Under the pieces are notes generated by a model. The model did no database searches. It saw nothing but the letters and a program-made list of their open reading frames with translations, and was not told the origin of the DNA. DNA of 64,000 nt from Escherichia phage vB_EcoM_IME537: sequence record NC_054921.1, one strand, 5' to 3'. The stretch's first letter is position 1. The number at the start of each line of letters is the position of its first letter. Positions 20,734 to 31,585 of this stretch are shown in pieces. The translations under genes were made by a program, and so were the position numbers.

Positions 20734-20971
20734 AAAGATAGCTAATTTCGCCTAAAACGTAATCATTGATTGTAACAGTTTTCACTTCACCGCAAAAGAA
20801 TTCTAACGCAATTAAATCTCGTTCAATTTCTTCTAATTGAAGCCTCAACTTACTAGATTCTATTTTTACAGTTTCACGATTTTTGCTATAAGCAATTTCA
20901 TAAATTTCGCTTACTTTATCTTGAAGAAGATAAAACTGATCTTTAGTTATTTCCACGAATAGCTTCCTCAA
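20711..20971 (-). CDS. Hypothetical protein (dexA.2-like)
   Basis: 86 aa. Confidence 0.45.
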   Translation of the reverse strand: MRKLFVEITKDQFYLLQDKVSEIYEIAYSKNRETVKIESSKLRLQLEEIERDLIALEFFCGEVKTVTINDYVLGEISYLYEAIIND

Positions 20972-20977
20972 ATTTAA

Positions 20978-22297
20978 TCATACATAAAATACATCATAAC
21001 GACCACGGGTAACACCAACATAAAGAAGCTGCTGTGCTAGTTCAGCATCTGCATAATGAATACAAGGCGTATAGATGAAAGCACGGTCTACAGACATGCC
21101 CTGAGCTTTGTGGAATGTTGATGCAGGAAGTGCTTTCACTTTACTGAACTGTGATTTAGCATCCCAAAAATCACTCCATGAAGCTTTTCCACCTTTATTC
21201 CAATTTTTATAAGTTTCTGCCGTTTTACCTAAAAATAGGTTAAACTTATATAGCTCTTCATCAGATGAAATTATTTTAATCTTTTCACGATAATATTCAT
21301 CATCGCCGTAAGTTTCTACTGTTAAATCCCAATGACGAATTAAGTATTCTCCAGGAACACCACGAGCTTTAACAAACGTCGATGTATACTCTGCTTCTAT
21401 AATACGAACTAATTGTCCGTTATTAAAAATAATTTCTGACACAGGCTTTCCATCAATTTTATATGTTTTAATTAATGGTTCCTGCATTACAATAATTTCA
21501 CCGACAATAAAATCTTTATCAGTTTCAAAAATCTTTTTACGAATAATGCTATTTAACTTGTCAACAGATTTATTCGTAAATGCCATTACACGATTTTCAA
21601 ACAAATCATCTAGTGATTTTACGATTGAAAAATAATTTACCATAAAATTGCGTAAAGCGGTATCACCGGTAAATCCACGTACTCCATGTCCGTCAACAAT
21701 TTTATCATAAATCCACTTACCGTTACGAACATCAGTAGCTACATCAATAATAGGAGCATTACTGCGTTTAACTTCAGTGAGTTCACATTGATAAAAATCT
21801 TTGTGTGTAAAGAATGGACTGATATAAGCAGTGTTTTCTCCTGGGTCAACAGGTCTAATTTGCTTATTATCACCTATTCCAATTATAGTACACCACGGTG
21901 GAATAGTTGAAAGCAGAATTTTAAATAGCTTTCTATCATACATTGACACTTCGTCGCAGATTAATACTCTGCATTTAGCCAAATCTGGTACTTCTTTTTG
22001 TTCAAAAAGAACGTTTTCTTCGTATGTTACTGGGTTAATTTTAAGAATACTGTGAATAGTACTCGCTTCTTTCCCTGATAGTTTTGAAAGAATCTTTTTA
22101 GCTGCATGTGTAGGAGCTGCTAAAATAATGCCAGTTTCGCCTGTAGATATTAAGGCTTCAATGATGAACTTAGTAAGAGTAGTCTTACCGGTACCAGCAG
22201 GTCCATTAATAGTTACATGATGTTTCTTTTCTTTAATAGCCCTCATAACGATGTTAAAGGCATTTTTCTGGCCTTCAGTCAAATCATCAAATGTCAT
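20978..22297 (-). CDS. dda: Dda DNA helicase (SF1B)
   Basis: 439 aa; Walker A GPAGTGKTT, helicase motifs; matches T4 Dda from memory. Confidence 0.95.
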   Translation of the reverse strand: MTFDDLTEGQKNAFNIVMRAIKEKKHHVTINGPAGTGKTTLTKFIIEALISTGETGIILAAPTHAAKKILSKLSGKEASTIHSILKINPVTYEENVLFEQKEVPDLAKCRVLICDEVSMYDRKLFKILLSTIPPWCTIIGIGDNKQIRPVDPGENTAYISPFFTHKDFYQCELTEVKRSNAPIIDVATDVRNGKWIYDKIVDGHGVRGFTGDTALRNFMVNYFSIVKSLDDLFENRVMAFTNKSVDKLNSIIRKKIFETDKDFIVGEIIVMQEPLIKTYKIDGKPVSEIIFNNGQLVRIIEAEYTSTFVKARGVPGEYLIRHWDLTVETYGDDEYYREKIKIISSDEELYKFNLFLGKTAETYKNWNKGGKASWSDFWDAKSQFSKVKALPASTFHKAQGMSVDRAFIYTPCIHYADAELAQQLLYVGVTRGRYDVFYV

Positions 22298-22605
22298 CGT
22301 AAATTCCCTGCAATTGGTATACTAACAATACGCCCAGTATCTAAAATTCGCCGATATAATCTTTGTGTGTCTACATCAGGCTTAACATGTTTAACTTCTA
22401 TTTTATTAAACCAAAACTTGCGTGGAGTCTCAACTAATCTCGGAATTCCCATACCTAAAGCTAGTCGATACTGCTCTTTAAGAGTAGTAAATACTTTATC
22501 AGCAATCTCCCTTTCAAAAAATACAGCAGGACGATGTTCATCAAGAGGAACAGGCACCGCAAATCCATCTTTATCTCTATACACTATCGCATATACATAA
22601 AACAT
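22294..22605 (-). CDS. Hypothetical protein dda.1-like
   Basis: 103 aa, 4-nt overlap with dda. Confidence 0.5.
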   Translation of the reverse strand: MFYVYAIVYRDKDGFAVPVPLDEHRPAVFFEREIADKVFTTLKEQYRLALGMGIPRLVETPRKFWFNKIEVKHVKPDVDTQRLYRRILDTGRIVSIPIAGNLR

Positions 22606-22606
22606 A

Positions 22607-23353
22607 TTATCCTCGGATAAGTTTAAAAATTGAACAATTTAGCGGGTATCCTCTTTTCAGTTTAAGTTTATCAATAAAAGACAAGTTTTGATACCGCTCT
22701 ACACCTTGAATAATTTTATCACACATATCATATTGCATTTCTGCTTCTGACAACTTTTTCACGGTTTTCCAATCCGAGCCTTTAAGAAGAACGTTCAATT
22801 TAACAACTTCAGCGCCTTCTGCTATACGAGAACCATCAATACGAGCTTTGAGTGCTACAATCGTTAGCTTAATATCAGAGGTTTGTTTTGATTTAGAAAG
22901 CTGAGAAATGTGCTCAATTCGGTTTTCACGTTTTTTCTGTATAGCTTTAATTTGATTATAAGTCTTTTTGATTTTAGCCCATTTCTTTTCATCTAAATTT
23001 AGTTTATGAACTTTTTTCGCAGATGAACGACCAATTCGCAAAGCAAATAAATCACGCTTTTCAATCAACTCTTCTAAAGTATAATCAGAACGAAATGTAT
23101 TATACTTTTTCTTTACTGCAATAACATTCCCTTTAATGTATCCAACGTTATTATCAAAACGTTCTAATGATAATTTCTCTCCTTCAATACGATTATCAAA
23201 AGGTTCTCCCGAGTAAGCACAAACTTTCTGATCTAAAATGTTCTTAATGTAATTGAAGTCTAAGTTAAAATCTTTAGAACGTCTTTTAGCTGATGCCTGA
23301 GTGTGCTCTAAACGACGTGTAATTTTACGAATTTGATTTTTAGACAGTTTCAT
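22607..23353 (-). CDS. Hypothetical Lys-rich protein (srd-like position)
   Basis: 248 aa, basic; position corresponds to T4 srd; no clear catalytic motif. Confidence 0.4.
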   Translation of the reverse strand: MKLSKNQIRKITRRLEHTQASAKRRSKDFNLDFNYIKNILDQKVCAYSGEPFDNRIEGEKLSLERFDNNVGYIKGNVIAVKKKYNTFRSDYTLEELIEKRDLFALRIGRSSAKKVHKLNLDEKKWAKIKKTYNQIKAIQKKRENRIEHISQLSKSKQTSDIKLTIVALKARIDGSRIAEGAEVVKLNVLLKGSDWKTVKKLSEAEMQYDMCDKIIQGVERYQNLSFIDKLKLKRGYPLNCSIFKLIRG

Positions 23354-23382
23354 ATTTTTCTCACGGACGGGTTAACTACTTA

Positions 23383-23413
23383 TACTATATCATTTTTACT
23401 TCAGCTTGTAAAC
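23383..23413 (-). promoter_or_regulatory. T4-type early promoter
   Basis: - strand GTTTACAAGCTGAAGTAAAAATGATATAGTAT. Confidence 0.5.
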
Positions 23414-23469
23414 AACTTTATGAAAAATGCTTTAAAACTTTCATGGTATAATGAATCTAAGTCCTTCCA

Positions 23470-24072
23470 TTATAGATTAAATCCTTCAAAATCAAGAGTA
23501 TAGATAGTGTATGTTGAATACTTTTTATACTCATATCTATCCGTAATTCTAAATACACTTCCAGCTGGTATCATTACTTCTTGTTCATCTGAAACTAATT
23601 CCATATTACGATAACGATGGCTATCTGGAAATTTAAAACTCGGACTATATTCTTTACAACGTAAAGCTTTTATAGCATACTCCTGGAAATTAAATACCAT
23701 AGGAGCTTTGAATTCAAAAATAACTTGTGTATTGTATTCTAATCCAGAAGCAAAATGTAGAGCTATATTTTTATCATATGAAGCTGATACTACTTTATCA
23801 AATGTAATAATATCAATTCCTTGATTTAATACTTGTTTAGTCTCAGCTGGAACACCTCTCCAAAGAGGTTTATCGTTTGGAACCAAACGAGATTTGATTA
23901 TTTCATTTAACCAAGAGTGGTCGTCTGGCTTATTAGTAATACAATGAATTAAAAGTTCAATTTCGGATAAATTAAATCCTTCAGAAAGTAATTCTTCACG
24001 AATAGAAGCACGAACCGATGCATCCATTGATTTGATTTTAAAATCTTTTAATTGCATTGCTGAATATTTCAT
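23470..24072 (-). CDS. ADP-ribosyltransferase, ModA/ModB family
   Basis: 200 aa; R-S-E ART signature (LWRG.., ..SASY.., ..EQEVMIP); which of modA/modB it is, is not resolved. Confidence 0.7.
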   Translation of the reverse strand: MKYSAMQLKDFKIKSMDASVRASIREELLSEGFNLSEIELLIHCITNKPDDHSWLNEIIKSRLVPNDKPLWRGVPAETKQVLNQGIDIITFDKVVSASYDKNIALHFASGLEYNTQVIFEFKAPMVFNFQEYAIKALRCKEYSPSFKFPDSHRYRNMELVSDEQEVMIPAGSVFRITDRYEYKKYSTYTIYTLDFEGFNL

Positions 24073-24704
24073 TCAACTACCTCAATATCATACACTTTAA
24101 ATGTTCCAAATGAATCGTGTAATTTTTCTTTTGAAATAGAAGTTATTTTATACTTTCCAATTGGAATCATCCATTCTTGTTCACGCACAATCATCATTAA
24201 GTTATCAGTACGTTCTGAATCTAATCCATCAGTATCTTCATATGTATACTTAAACTCAGTATTAGGAGAAGAAAGTATAATATCGCTGATATGGTCAGAA
24301 TAATTAAAAGCTTTATCAGTTTTTAAGCGAAATATTATTTCAGTGAAATACTCAACATAAGAAAAACCACATGCTGTGTGCAAACTAGTAGTAAATGAAT
24401 CTACCCTGTTCGTTGAAAACACTTCTCCAACTTGTAAATCTTTAATGAGCTCTTTTGTCGATTTTGATATACCACGATATAGCTGATAAGGTGATTTAGT
24501 TAAATGCTTTTTAATGATTTTATTCAACTGCCGATGAAGAGCTTCATTCTTTTTGGCTTCCATACATTGCCAAAGAACTGACTGTTCAAAGTCAGTAAAT
24601 TTTTCACAGACCTTTTTATACATATCATATTGAAAATCAACACTTTCAGCTTTTATAGATAACTGTTCAACATCTGCAAGATTAATAATCATGATAGCCT
24701 CCAT
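24069..24704 (-). CDS. ADP-ribosyltransferase, ModA/ModB family
   Basis: 211 aa; LYRG, STN..SFTTS, EQEWMIP motifs; paralog of the preceding gene, 4-nt overlap. Confidence 0.7.
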   Translation of the reverse strand: MEAIMIINLADVEQLSIKAESVDFQYDMYKKVCEKFTDFEQSVLWQCMEAKKNEALHRQLNKIIKKHLTKSPYQLYRGISKSTKELIKDLQVGEVFSTNRVDSFTTSLHTACGFSYVEYFTEIIFRLKTDKAFNYSDHISDIILSSPNTEFKYTYEDTDGLDSERTDNLMMIVREQEWMIPIGKYKITSISKEKLHDSFGTFKVYDIEVVE

Positions 24705-24718
24705 ATACTTCAGAAGCT

Positions 24719-24748
24719 ATCATATCATTGTTAGGAAGGAAAGTAAAC
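24719..24748 (-). promoter_or_regulatory. T4-type early promoter
   Basis: - strand GTTTACTTTCCTTCCTAACAATGATATGAT. Confidence 0.5.
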
Positions 24749-24759
24749 AACTTTTTGAA

Positions 24760-24942
24760 TTATTTTGCCCAGGGAGCCCAGGGCGGAGGGTCAAGATGGT
24801 ATGAAGCTAGTTCTTCTAGAAGAGCATCTGGGGCTTCAATTCCATAATTCTGTAATACTATACGGTATTCTTTCTTATAATCACTAGAATCATTCTGGAT
24901 ATTCGTAGAATGATTATCTTCTAACATCTCAAATAAATCCAT
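24760..24942 (-). CDS. Hypothetical protein
   Basis: 60 aa ORF. Confidence 0.4.
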   Translation of the reverse strand: MDLFEMLEDNHSTNIQNDSSDYKKEYRIVLQNYGIEAPDALLEELASYHLDPPPWAPWAK

Positions 24943-24950
24943 ATTAATTC

Positions 24951-25409
24951 CTAGCGATAAAAACCAAAATAACGATTAGCTTCAATAATCTTTCTTTCTT
25001 CTTCGGACATTCTCCAGCGTAGTCCAACATCAAAATGAGCCCAGACCATCTTAACAAATGCATTTATATCTTTAATATCTTCAATAATGAATGTTTTACT
25101 TTTAAAAGGCTGACTCGCTAATTTAACTTTATCGTCTTCAAACAGGTCAAAAAGACCATATTCATGAGCTCTTTTATAGCCTTTAATAGTTAAAGCTTCA
25201 GAAGAAGAAAATGGTGAATCAGTATTCTGCAAAATATCTTCAGTATGCTTTATAATTAGAATAACATTTTCTGGATATTTTCTTTCTTTTATATCTTTAA
25301 TTAAAATATCCGGATTTTCTGCTAAAGGAATAATTAATGAGCACTTTTTGTCAAGTGTATTTACCGTAGACATAAATTCTATTGAATATAGTTTTGCTAC
25401 TTCAATCAT
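24951..25409 (-). CDS. Hypothetical protein
   Basis: 152 aa ORF. Confidence 0.5.
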   Translation of the reverse strand: MIEVAKLYSIEFMSTVNTLDKKCSLIIPLAENPDILIKDIKERKYPENVILIIKHTEDILQNTDSPFSSSEALTIKGYKRAHEYGLFDLFEDDKVKLASQPFKSKTFIIEDIKDINAFVKMVWAHFDVGLRWRMSEEERKIIEANRYFGFYR

Positions 25410-25562
25410 GTGATTTCCTCTTGCCTACTAATGGGCCGTCAGGAATTTTGTTTTCCTGGATATATTTCTCATTTTCTTCCATCATTTTACTGCCAATTTT
25501 AAGAAGCAAATCCAGTGCTTCATTTGCTTTAGCCTTGGCCTCTTCTAGCGTCATATCTCTGT

Positions 25563-25766
25563 TCACGATTTATCCCCATAGATGTCTCTCATCAATTTAA
25601 GCGCTGAGCGTTCTAATTTCTTTTCTTTCTCGGCACTAATCATTGATTTCATCCATTCTTCTGATTCGTTCTGCATTTCTTTATTTGCCTGTTCAACCCA
25701 ACCATCGTCAATGTACATTGAGTTTGGTCTATTGAACCATTCAAACATTTTCTTCAGAACTTTCAT
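25563..25766 (-). CDS. Hypothetical protein
   Basis: 67 aa ORF. Confidence 0.4.
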   Translation of the reverse strand: MKVLKKMFEWFNRPNSMYIDDGWVEQANKEMQNESEEWMKSMISAEKEKKLERSALKLMRDIYGDKS

Positions 25767-26238
25767 TTACTTTACCCAAAACAACAGTAGGAGCATCATC
25801 AAATTCATGAATTTTTAGCAAATTTGGATGTAAACTATTCCATATAGAAGAAATAAAGTATGATAAAGCATCTTCACTCGCAATTATAAATTTATTTCCT
25901 TTATCTATTTTCCAACTATATAATGAATCATACGAATAGAAAGATAAAGGTTTATCATTATATTGTTCTGCGCTAACATTAATGTATTCGGATTTAGTAA
26001 ATGCTTCAATTGCTCTAAATGGAATATTTGGTACAGTTTCAATGATACCAATCTTTTTAAGCTTTATTTCAACATCTTCTGGAACTGGCATTGAAACGAA
26101 ATTTTCTACGAGATACATTGGGTCACAATAACCCTTATCAATCAATACTGCTACGGTAATTGGAACATCTTTAGCAAACGACATGCTATTACTGCTAATA
26201 TACATTTCAAACAAAATCGCTTCCATAATTTTCCTCAA
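25741..26238 (-). CDS. Hypothetical protein
   Basis: 165 aa ORF. Confidence 0.5.
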   Translation of the reverse strand: MRKIMEAILFEMYISSNSMSFAKDVPITVAVLIDKGYCDPMYLVENFVSMPVPEDVEIKLKKIGIIETVPNIPFRAIEAFTKSEYINVSAEQYNDKPLSFYSYDSLYSWKIDKGNKFIIASEDALSYFISSIWNSLHPNLLKIHEFDDAPTVVLGKVNESSEENV

Positions 26239-26567
26239 TCACAAGATGTAGATGAACAGCTAGAATCACAAGAACTTCCGCATGAATCACCTGCCCATAC
26301 ATGAACAGGGACATTTGTATCATATGAATCAGAACTAGACTGTGTATTAGATGATGTAGTAGGTGTTGACCAGCGCCAAGGATTTTTATAATATTCTTGG
26401 GCTTCTTCATAAGTCATAGTAACTGCTTCTACTGTTCCATCTCCCATATAAACATACTCAACTACAGTTAAAGGAAGGTAGTCATTTGAAATAGGAACTA
26501 CACCTTCTCCAGGAGTCGTAGAGAAAAAATCCGTAAAGAAACTTTTAAACCAATTAAAGATAAACAT
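26235..26567 (-). CDS. Hypothetical protein with Ser/Cys-rich C-terminal tail
   Basis: 110 aa; C-terminus ..[18 protein letters not shown]. Confidence 0.5.
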   Translation of the reverse strand: MFIFNWFKSFFTDFFSTTPGEGVVPISNDYLPLTVVEYVYMGDGTVEAVTMTYEEAQEYYKNPWRWSTPTTSSNTQSSSDSYDTNVPVHVWAGDSCGSSCDSSCSSTSCD

Positions 26568-26779
26568 TACAAAAAGCCTCTTTGAAATTCGACTCTTTGA
26601 AATCCACCCCAGTCAGTATATCGCATTTCAGCATTGAACTCGACTGAACCATCTGCATGCATCATGAATGAATGCGTGACGATATCACAATCCCAGCTTT
26701 TCATACCCCATTTATCAGAGATAGCTTTATCAAGAACCTTCTGGAGGTCTTCATTTGGTTTAATCCAACGATTTAACAT
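26567..26779 (-). CDS. Hypothetical protein
   Basis: 70 aa. Confidence 0.45.
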   Translation of the reverse strand: MLNRWIKPNEDLQKVLDKAISDKWGMKSWDCDIVTHSFMMHADGSVEFNAEMRYTDWGGFQRVEFQRGFL

Positions 26780-26805
26780 AGTGCTCTCCTCTATAAGATA
26801 ATTCT

Positions 26806-26835
26806 ATTATACCATACTCATTTTGGAAAGTAAAC
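26806..26835 (-). promoter_or_regulatory. T4-type early promoter
   Basis: - strand GTTTACTTTCCAAAATGAGTATGGTATAAT. Confidence 0.6.
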
Positions 26836-26840
26836 CATAA

Positions 26841-26870
26841 AATGAAAAAAGGACTCCCGAAGGAGTCCTT
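26841..26870 (-). terminator. Rho-independent terminator downstream of soc
   Basis: - strand AAGGACTCC-TTCG-GGAGTCCTT followed by TTTTTTCATTTT. Confidence 0.6.
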
Positions 26871-26876
26871 GAATTA

Positions 26877-27113
26877 TTAACCACCTATTGTTGTAGGCGT
26901 AAACATTGCAGCATTCTTAGTTTTCCAAGTTGCTGCATCGGAAACTACAGTAGAATATGCTGCCTTTTCTGACGGAAAGATTTGATAATGAGAATCCGCG
27001 ATACGGTGTTCATTTGAATATACATCAAATGCTACAGAAACTTCCATACCTTTAACTTCTTTGCCTTCACCCGCTGGATGAGTAAAGGTCTTGATGTTAA
27101 CGAAACCACCCAT
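26877..27113 (-). CDS. soc: Small outer capsid protein Soc homolog
   Basis: 78 aa; ..VNIKTF..EVSVAF..HYQIFPSEKAAYSTV.. resembles T4 Soc (recalled), but diverged. Confidence 0.7.
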   Translation of the reverse strand: MGGFVNIKTFTHPAGEGKEVKGMEVSVAFDVYSNEHRIADSHYQIFPSEKAAYSTVVSDAATWKTKNAAMFTPTTIGG

Positions 27114-27152
27114 AATAAACTCCTTTATTGTTTAATTACAAGTGTATTTATA

Positions 27153-27326
27153 TCAATCTTCAATGAAAACTTGTGCCAGGAATTCATGCTCATCTTGAAT
27201 TTGTTTATATAAAGCCATTACAGCATTTATGTTAGAGCTATCTACTTTAAGTTGATAAGCATACCACTCATGTAAATTAATTAAAGCTTTTTGACGTCTA
27301 ATAAATTCTTCTTTGGATATTTTCAT
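27153..27326 (-). CDS. Small hypothetical protein (57 aa)
   Basis: Hand-translated MKISKEEFIRRQKALINLHEWYAYQ..; ATG overlaps stop of upstream ORF. Confidence 0.35.
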   Translation of the reverse strand: MKISKEEFIRRQKALINLHEWYAYQLKVDSSNINAVMALYKQIQDEHEFLAQVFIED

Positions 27327-27532
27327 TTTGAATGCTCTATAATTAATTTTAAGGCTTCTTCACTTACAAAAATTTCATCAGGACCTTCTTCTACAACCCA
27401 ATCAACCCAATCAACCACACGAAGCTGATTAGATAAGAGCTCACATACGAGCTCTTTGTCATAATTTTTAAATAGCTGGTCAATACGTTTCTTGCGGGCT
27501 TTCTTAAGCTGGCGTTTATTTAAACGAGCCAT
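27323..27532 (-). CDS. Hypothetical protein
   Basis: 69 aa, basic N-terminus. Confidence 0.45.
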   Translation of the reverse strand: MARLNKRQLKKARKKRIDQLFKNYDKELVCELLSNQLRVVDWVDWVVEEGPDEIFVSEEALKLIIEHSK

Positions 27533-28050
27533 TAATAACCTCGATCTTGACGTGCGAAGTTTTCAGCATTTTTCAGATAATAAAGTTTAAAGATTTCTTC
27601 AGCTGTAAGACCAAGACCTTGGAACATGTTCAGAACGAAATGAAGAATATCAATCATTTCGAATTTAATTTCCAACTGGTCTTGTGGAGACAAATCAGTA
27701 ATTAGAGTTTCACGACGTTCACCATGTTGAGCTTTCCAAGGCTTCCATACAGCAGATGCATCTTTTTCGCCATTGCTCATACCGCCAAGAGATGTCAGAA
27801 GTTCACGGAATTCATCGTCAATATAATCTTTCTGATTACGCAGCCAATCAACAACTTCACCTGCAGTAGCCAAATCATCAGGATGACGGTTATATTCAGG
27901 TTTATCTTTAGCTAAACGAACCTGTAAAGATTTCTGCATATCAAGCATAACCTGCAGCGGGTCTTTTTCGTCACCGAGAATATCCCAGTATTCATTTTGA
28001 GCTTTATCAGCGCCTTCGATCAGTTGACTACATTCGTTGAAATGTGGCAT
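27532..28050 (-). CDS. 56: dCTP pyrophosphatase gp56 (MazG-like)
   Basis: 172 aa; MazG-type NTP pyrophosphohydrolase fold features; T4 gp56 is about 171 aa. Confidence 0.8.
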   Translation of the reverse strand: MPHFNECSQLIEGADKAQNEYWDILGDEKDPLQVMLDMQKSLQVRLAKDKPEYNRHPDDLATAGEVVDWLRNQKDYIDDEFRELLTSLGGMSNGEKDASAVWKPWKAQHGERRETLITDLSPQDQLEIKFEMIDILHFVLNMFQGLGLTAEEIFKLYYLKNAENFARQDRGY

Positions 28051-28051
28051 G

Positions 28052-28702
28052 TTATTTTTCCTTTCTTATGAAGTTTTCTATCATATGTCTATAGCAGATA
28101 TTAGGATAACCTGCCTTGACAGCTATTTTATTAAATTTTGTGCGCTTAGGTCTATTATTATAAACCCATAATTCATAAAGCGCATCATAACTATTCCATA
28201 TTTCTCCTCGCCTAGGATTTGGTAAACCATATCGAGGTGAATTTTTACCGCTAAATCTTCCTTTTCGGGCTTTACTCATATTAGCCTTGGCTTCATCGGA
28301 TATAATTTTACCTTTATGAGCTAGACGCATTTTGGCTTTAGTTTCTTCTGGGGTCTTTTTGCCTTTAATCCATGACGGCTTGCCATATCTAGGATTATTT
28401 TCACCCGAGAAAAGAACAGAGTTTTGGATTTTAAGGGTTTCTATTAATCTACTTGTTAATTTAACACCTTTATTATATCGCATTAAATTTACAGCATAAT
28501 GCAATCCTCTCACATCTGGATATATTTTAGTTAATAATCTATGAGCTATAAAATGCTCACGAGCAGTTAACTCAACAAGATTGTTTTTGTCATCTGCTCC
28601 TCCCATACATCTAGGAATTATATGATGGCGTTCTTTATATCCGCCAAGATGCCGGCATTTAGCTTTTGTAATTAAAGCCGAGTAAATTTTTTGGTAATTC
28701 AC
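28052..28702 (-). CDS. HNH homing endonuclease with NUMOD3-like repeats (free-standing)
   Basis: 216 aa; HNH motif (..RHHIIPRCMGG..NLVELTAREH..) plus two ..NPRYG..K.. NUMOD3-like DNA-binding repeats; AT-rich; sits between 56 and dam. Confidence 0.75.
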   Translation of the reverse strand: MNYQKIYSALITKAKCRHLGGYKERHHIIPRCMGGADDKNNLVELTAREHFIAHRLLTKIYPDVRGLHYAVNLMRYNKGVKLTSRLIETLKIQNSVLFSGENNPRYGKPSWIKGKKTPEETKAKMRLAHKGKIISDEAKANMSKARKGRFSGKNSPRYGLPNPRRGEIWNSYDALYELWVYNNRPKRTKFNKIAVKAGYPNICYRHMIENFIRKEK

Positions 28703-28761
28703 ATATATCCTTTCAATTCATTAATAAGTTAAATAATTATATCATTTGAGTGTGTAAGCAA

Positions 28762-30101
<1,340 letters not shown>

Positions 30102-30123
30102 TATATCATCCTCAGCAATTTAT

Positions 30124-30156
30124 TTTATAATACCATAACAAGCTGAGAAAGTAAAC
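30124..30156 (-). promoter_or_regulatory. T4-type early promoter
   Basis: - strand GTTTACTTTCTCAGCTTGTTATGGTATTATAAAAT. Confidence 0.55.
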
Positions 30157-30191
30157 AAATTTATGATAAATATTAATTTAAAGGAGGACAT

Positions 30192-30392
30192 ATGGTACAA
30201 AAATTAATGGCACTTGTTAATGCCATAAAAGGTAATAAGAAACGTATAGCTTTTACTATTTCTGCTATGATAGGAATTTTACTTTGGAATTTTGTTTTAT
30301 CGCCAGTTGCTATTGCTCATGGCGTTAATATTCCAGTAATTACTCTCGATACATTCGTAGATTTAGCATTTGCTTTAGTTGGGTTAATTTAA
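30192..30392 (+). CDS. Small membrane protein (66 aa), divergent + strand gene
   Basis: Strong AAAGGAGGA RBS 7 nt before ATG; two predicted TM helices; one of very few + strand genes in the early region. Confidence 0.5.
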   Translation: MVQKLMALVNAIKGNKKRIAFTISAMIGILLWNFVLSPVAIAHGVNIPVITLDTFVDLAFALVGLI

Positions 30393-31417
30393 ATCTTAGC
30401 ATATTTAGATAGCCGCATTTTAGCCATCAACCCCTGCGCAATATTATTTTTCATATATTCCATAATTTGTTCAGGGGTTGCACCTTCCTTTCTAATCATA
30501 TCATTAACATCTTTTGATTTCCAGGGAGATTTATCCCAAAACATAACCCTTTCTCCTGCATCAACTAATTTAGTCATTCGTTTAATAGTGTCAGGATGAC
30601 GAGGTTCATTATCTAAAACCCATACACGTCTATCTTTAAATGGAACAATTTCTAGGTCTAATTGACCGCCCGTAATAGCTATACCATTTTCAATAAAAAG
30701 CGAATCTATAGGTCCTTCTAGAACATATACATCACCGTCTTTAACCCGTTCAACACCATAGATTTTTGTTGCCTCAGGATAAGCTTTGATGGTGATATAT
30801 TTTTGAGGAGCATCTTTCTTTAATGCACGTCCTTGAAAAGACTCAGCTTTTCCATTAACATTATAAATTGGAATAACAAGACGAGACTCAGGTATTTCCT
30901 TTTTATATGTTCCTGGTGCTATACTATTAACTAATTTAGGCCATTCAGTTGTAAACCAAAGATATTTCCATTTATCCTTTGGAATACAGCGAGCTTTTAC
31001 GTATTTTATAATTGGATGGTCTTCCGTCAGTTTATCTAATCTAATGCATGACGGAAGAGATTTAATTATTTTCTTCTCGGGTTGTTTAGGAAGTTCTTTA
31101 GGTTTTTCTACTGGACGACTTTTACCTTTTTCTTTTCTTATTTCAAAGATATACTCACGATATAAATCAGGTTCAAACTCCTTTAAATATATTCCGATTG
31201 GCGCATGATAGTTACAGTTATAACAGTGAATATTTCCTTCATTGTTATCACCATAATACCATCCACGGGCTTTATTTTGGTCGGTTTTTGAATCTCCACA
31301 AACAGGGCATCTAAACCGTAATTTAAAAGTTGAACTATTATTTACTTGTGTGAATTTAGGTAAATGAGCTAGCGCCCGGTATGCAAACTCATTATCAATC
31401 CAAGGTATTGATGACAT
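30389..31417 (-). CDS. 61: DNA primase gp61
   Basis: 342 aa; N-terminal zinc ribbon (CPVCGD..CYNCNYH) and Toprim-like core; same size as T4 gp61. Confidence 0.9.
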   Translation of the reverse strand: MSSIPWIDNEFAYRALAHLPKFTQVNNSSTFKLRFRCPVCGDSKTDQNKARGWYYGDNNEGNIHCYNCNYHAPIGIYLKEFEPDLYREYIFEIRKEKGKSRPVEKPKELPKQPEKKIIKSLPSCIRLDKLTEDHPIIKYVKARCIPKDKWKYLWFTTEWPKLVNSIAPGTYKKEIPESRLVIPIYNVNGKAESFQGRALKKDAPQKYITIKAYPEATKIYGVERVKDGDVYVLEGPIDSLFIENGIAITGGQLDLEIVPFKDRRVWVLDNEPRHPDTIKRMTKLVDAGERVMFWDKSPWKSKDVNDMIRKEGATPEQIMEYMKNNIAQGLMAKMRLSKYAKI

Positions 31418-31584
31418 TTTTACTCTTCTTTTTCTTTAGATTCCTCTTTTTTCTTTTTAGGAATCTGTTCAGGACCTTTATTTACTACAGCACCTGACGT
31501 TGTTCCAGTAGAGATATTTTCAGGATTACCACCTGAATCTCCAGCTACCATATCTTCTTTGATAAATTCTTTAAACGTTTTCAT
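31418..31584 (-). CDS. Small hypothetical protein (about 55 aa)
   Basis: Hand-translated MKTFKEFIKEDMVAGDSGGNPENISTGTTSGAVVNKGPEQIPKKKKEESKEKEE; boundaries approximate. Confidence 0.35.
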
Positions 31585-31585
31585 A

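Noticed and set aside
6592-25818. + strand track ORFs embedded in - strand genes (for example 6592-6789, 7423-7626, 7840-8076, 12963-13157, 14509-14757, 15499-15708, 16727-17137, 21686-22055, 25582-25818)
   Set aside because: Each overlaps a well-supported - strand gene on the opposite strand; no promoter or RBS support; composition typical of antisense frames in AT-rich DNA.
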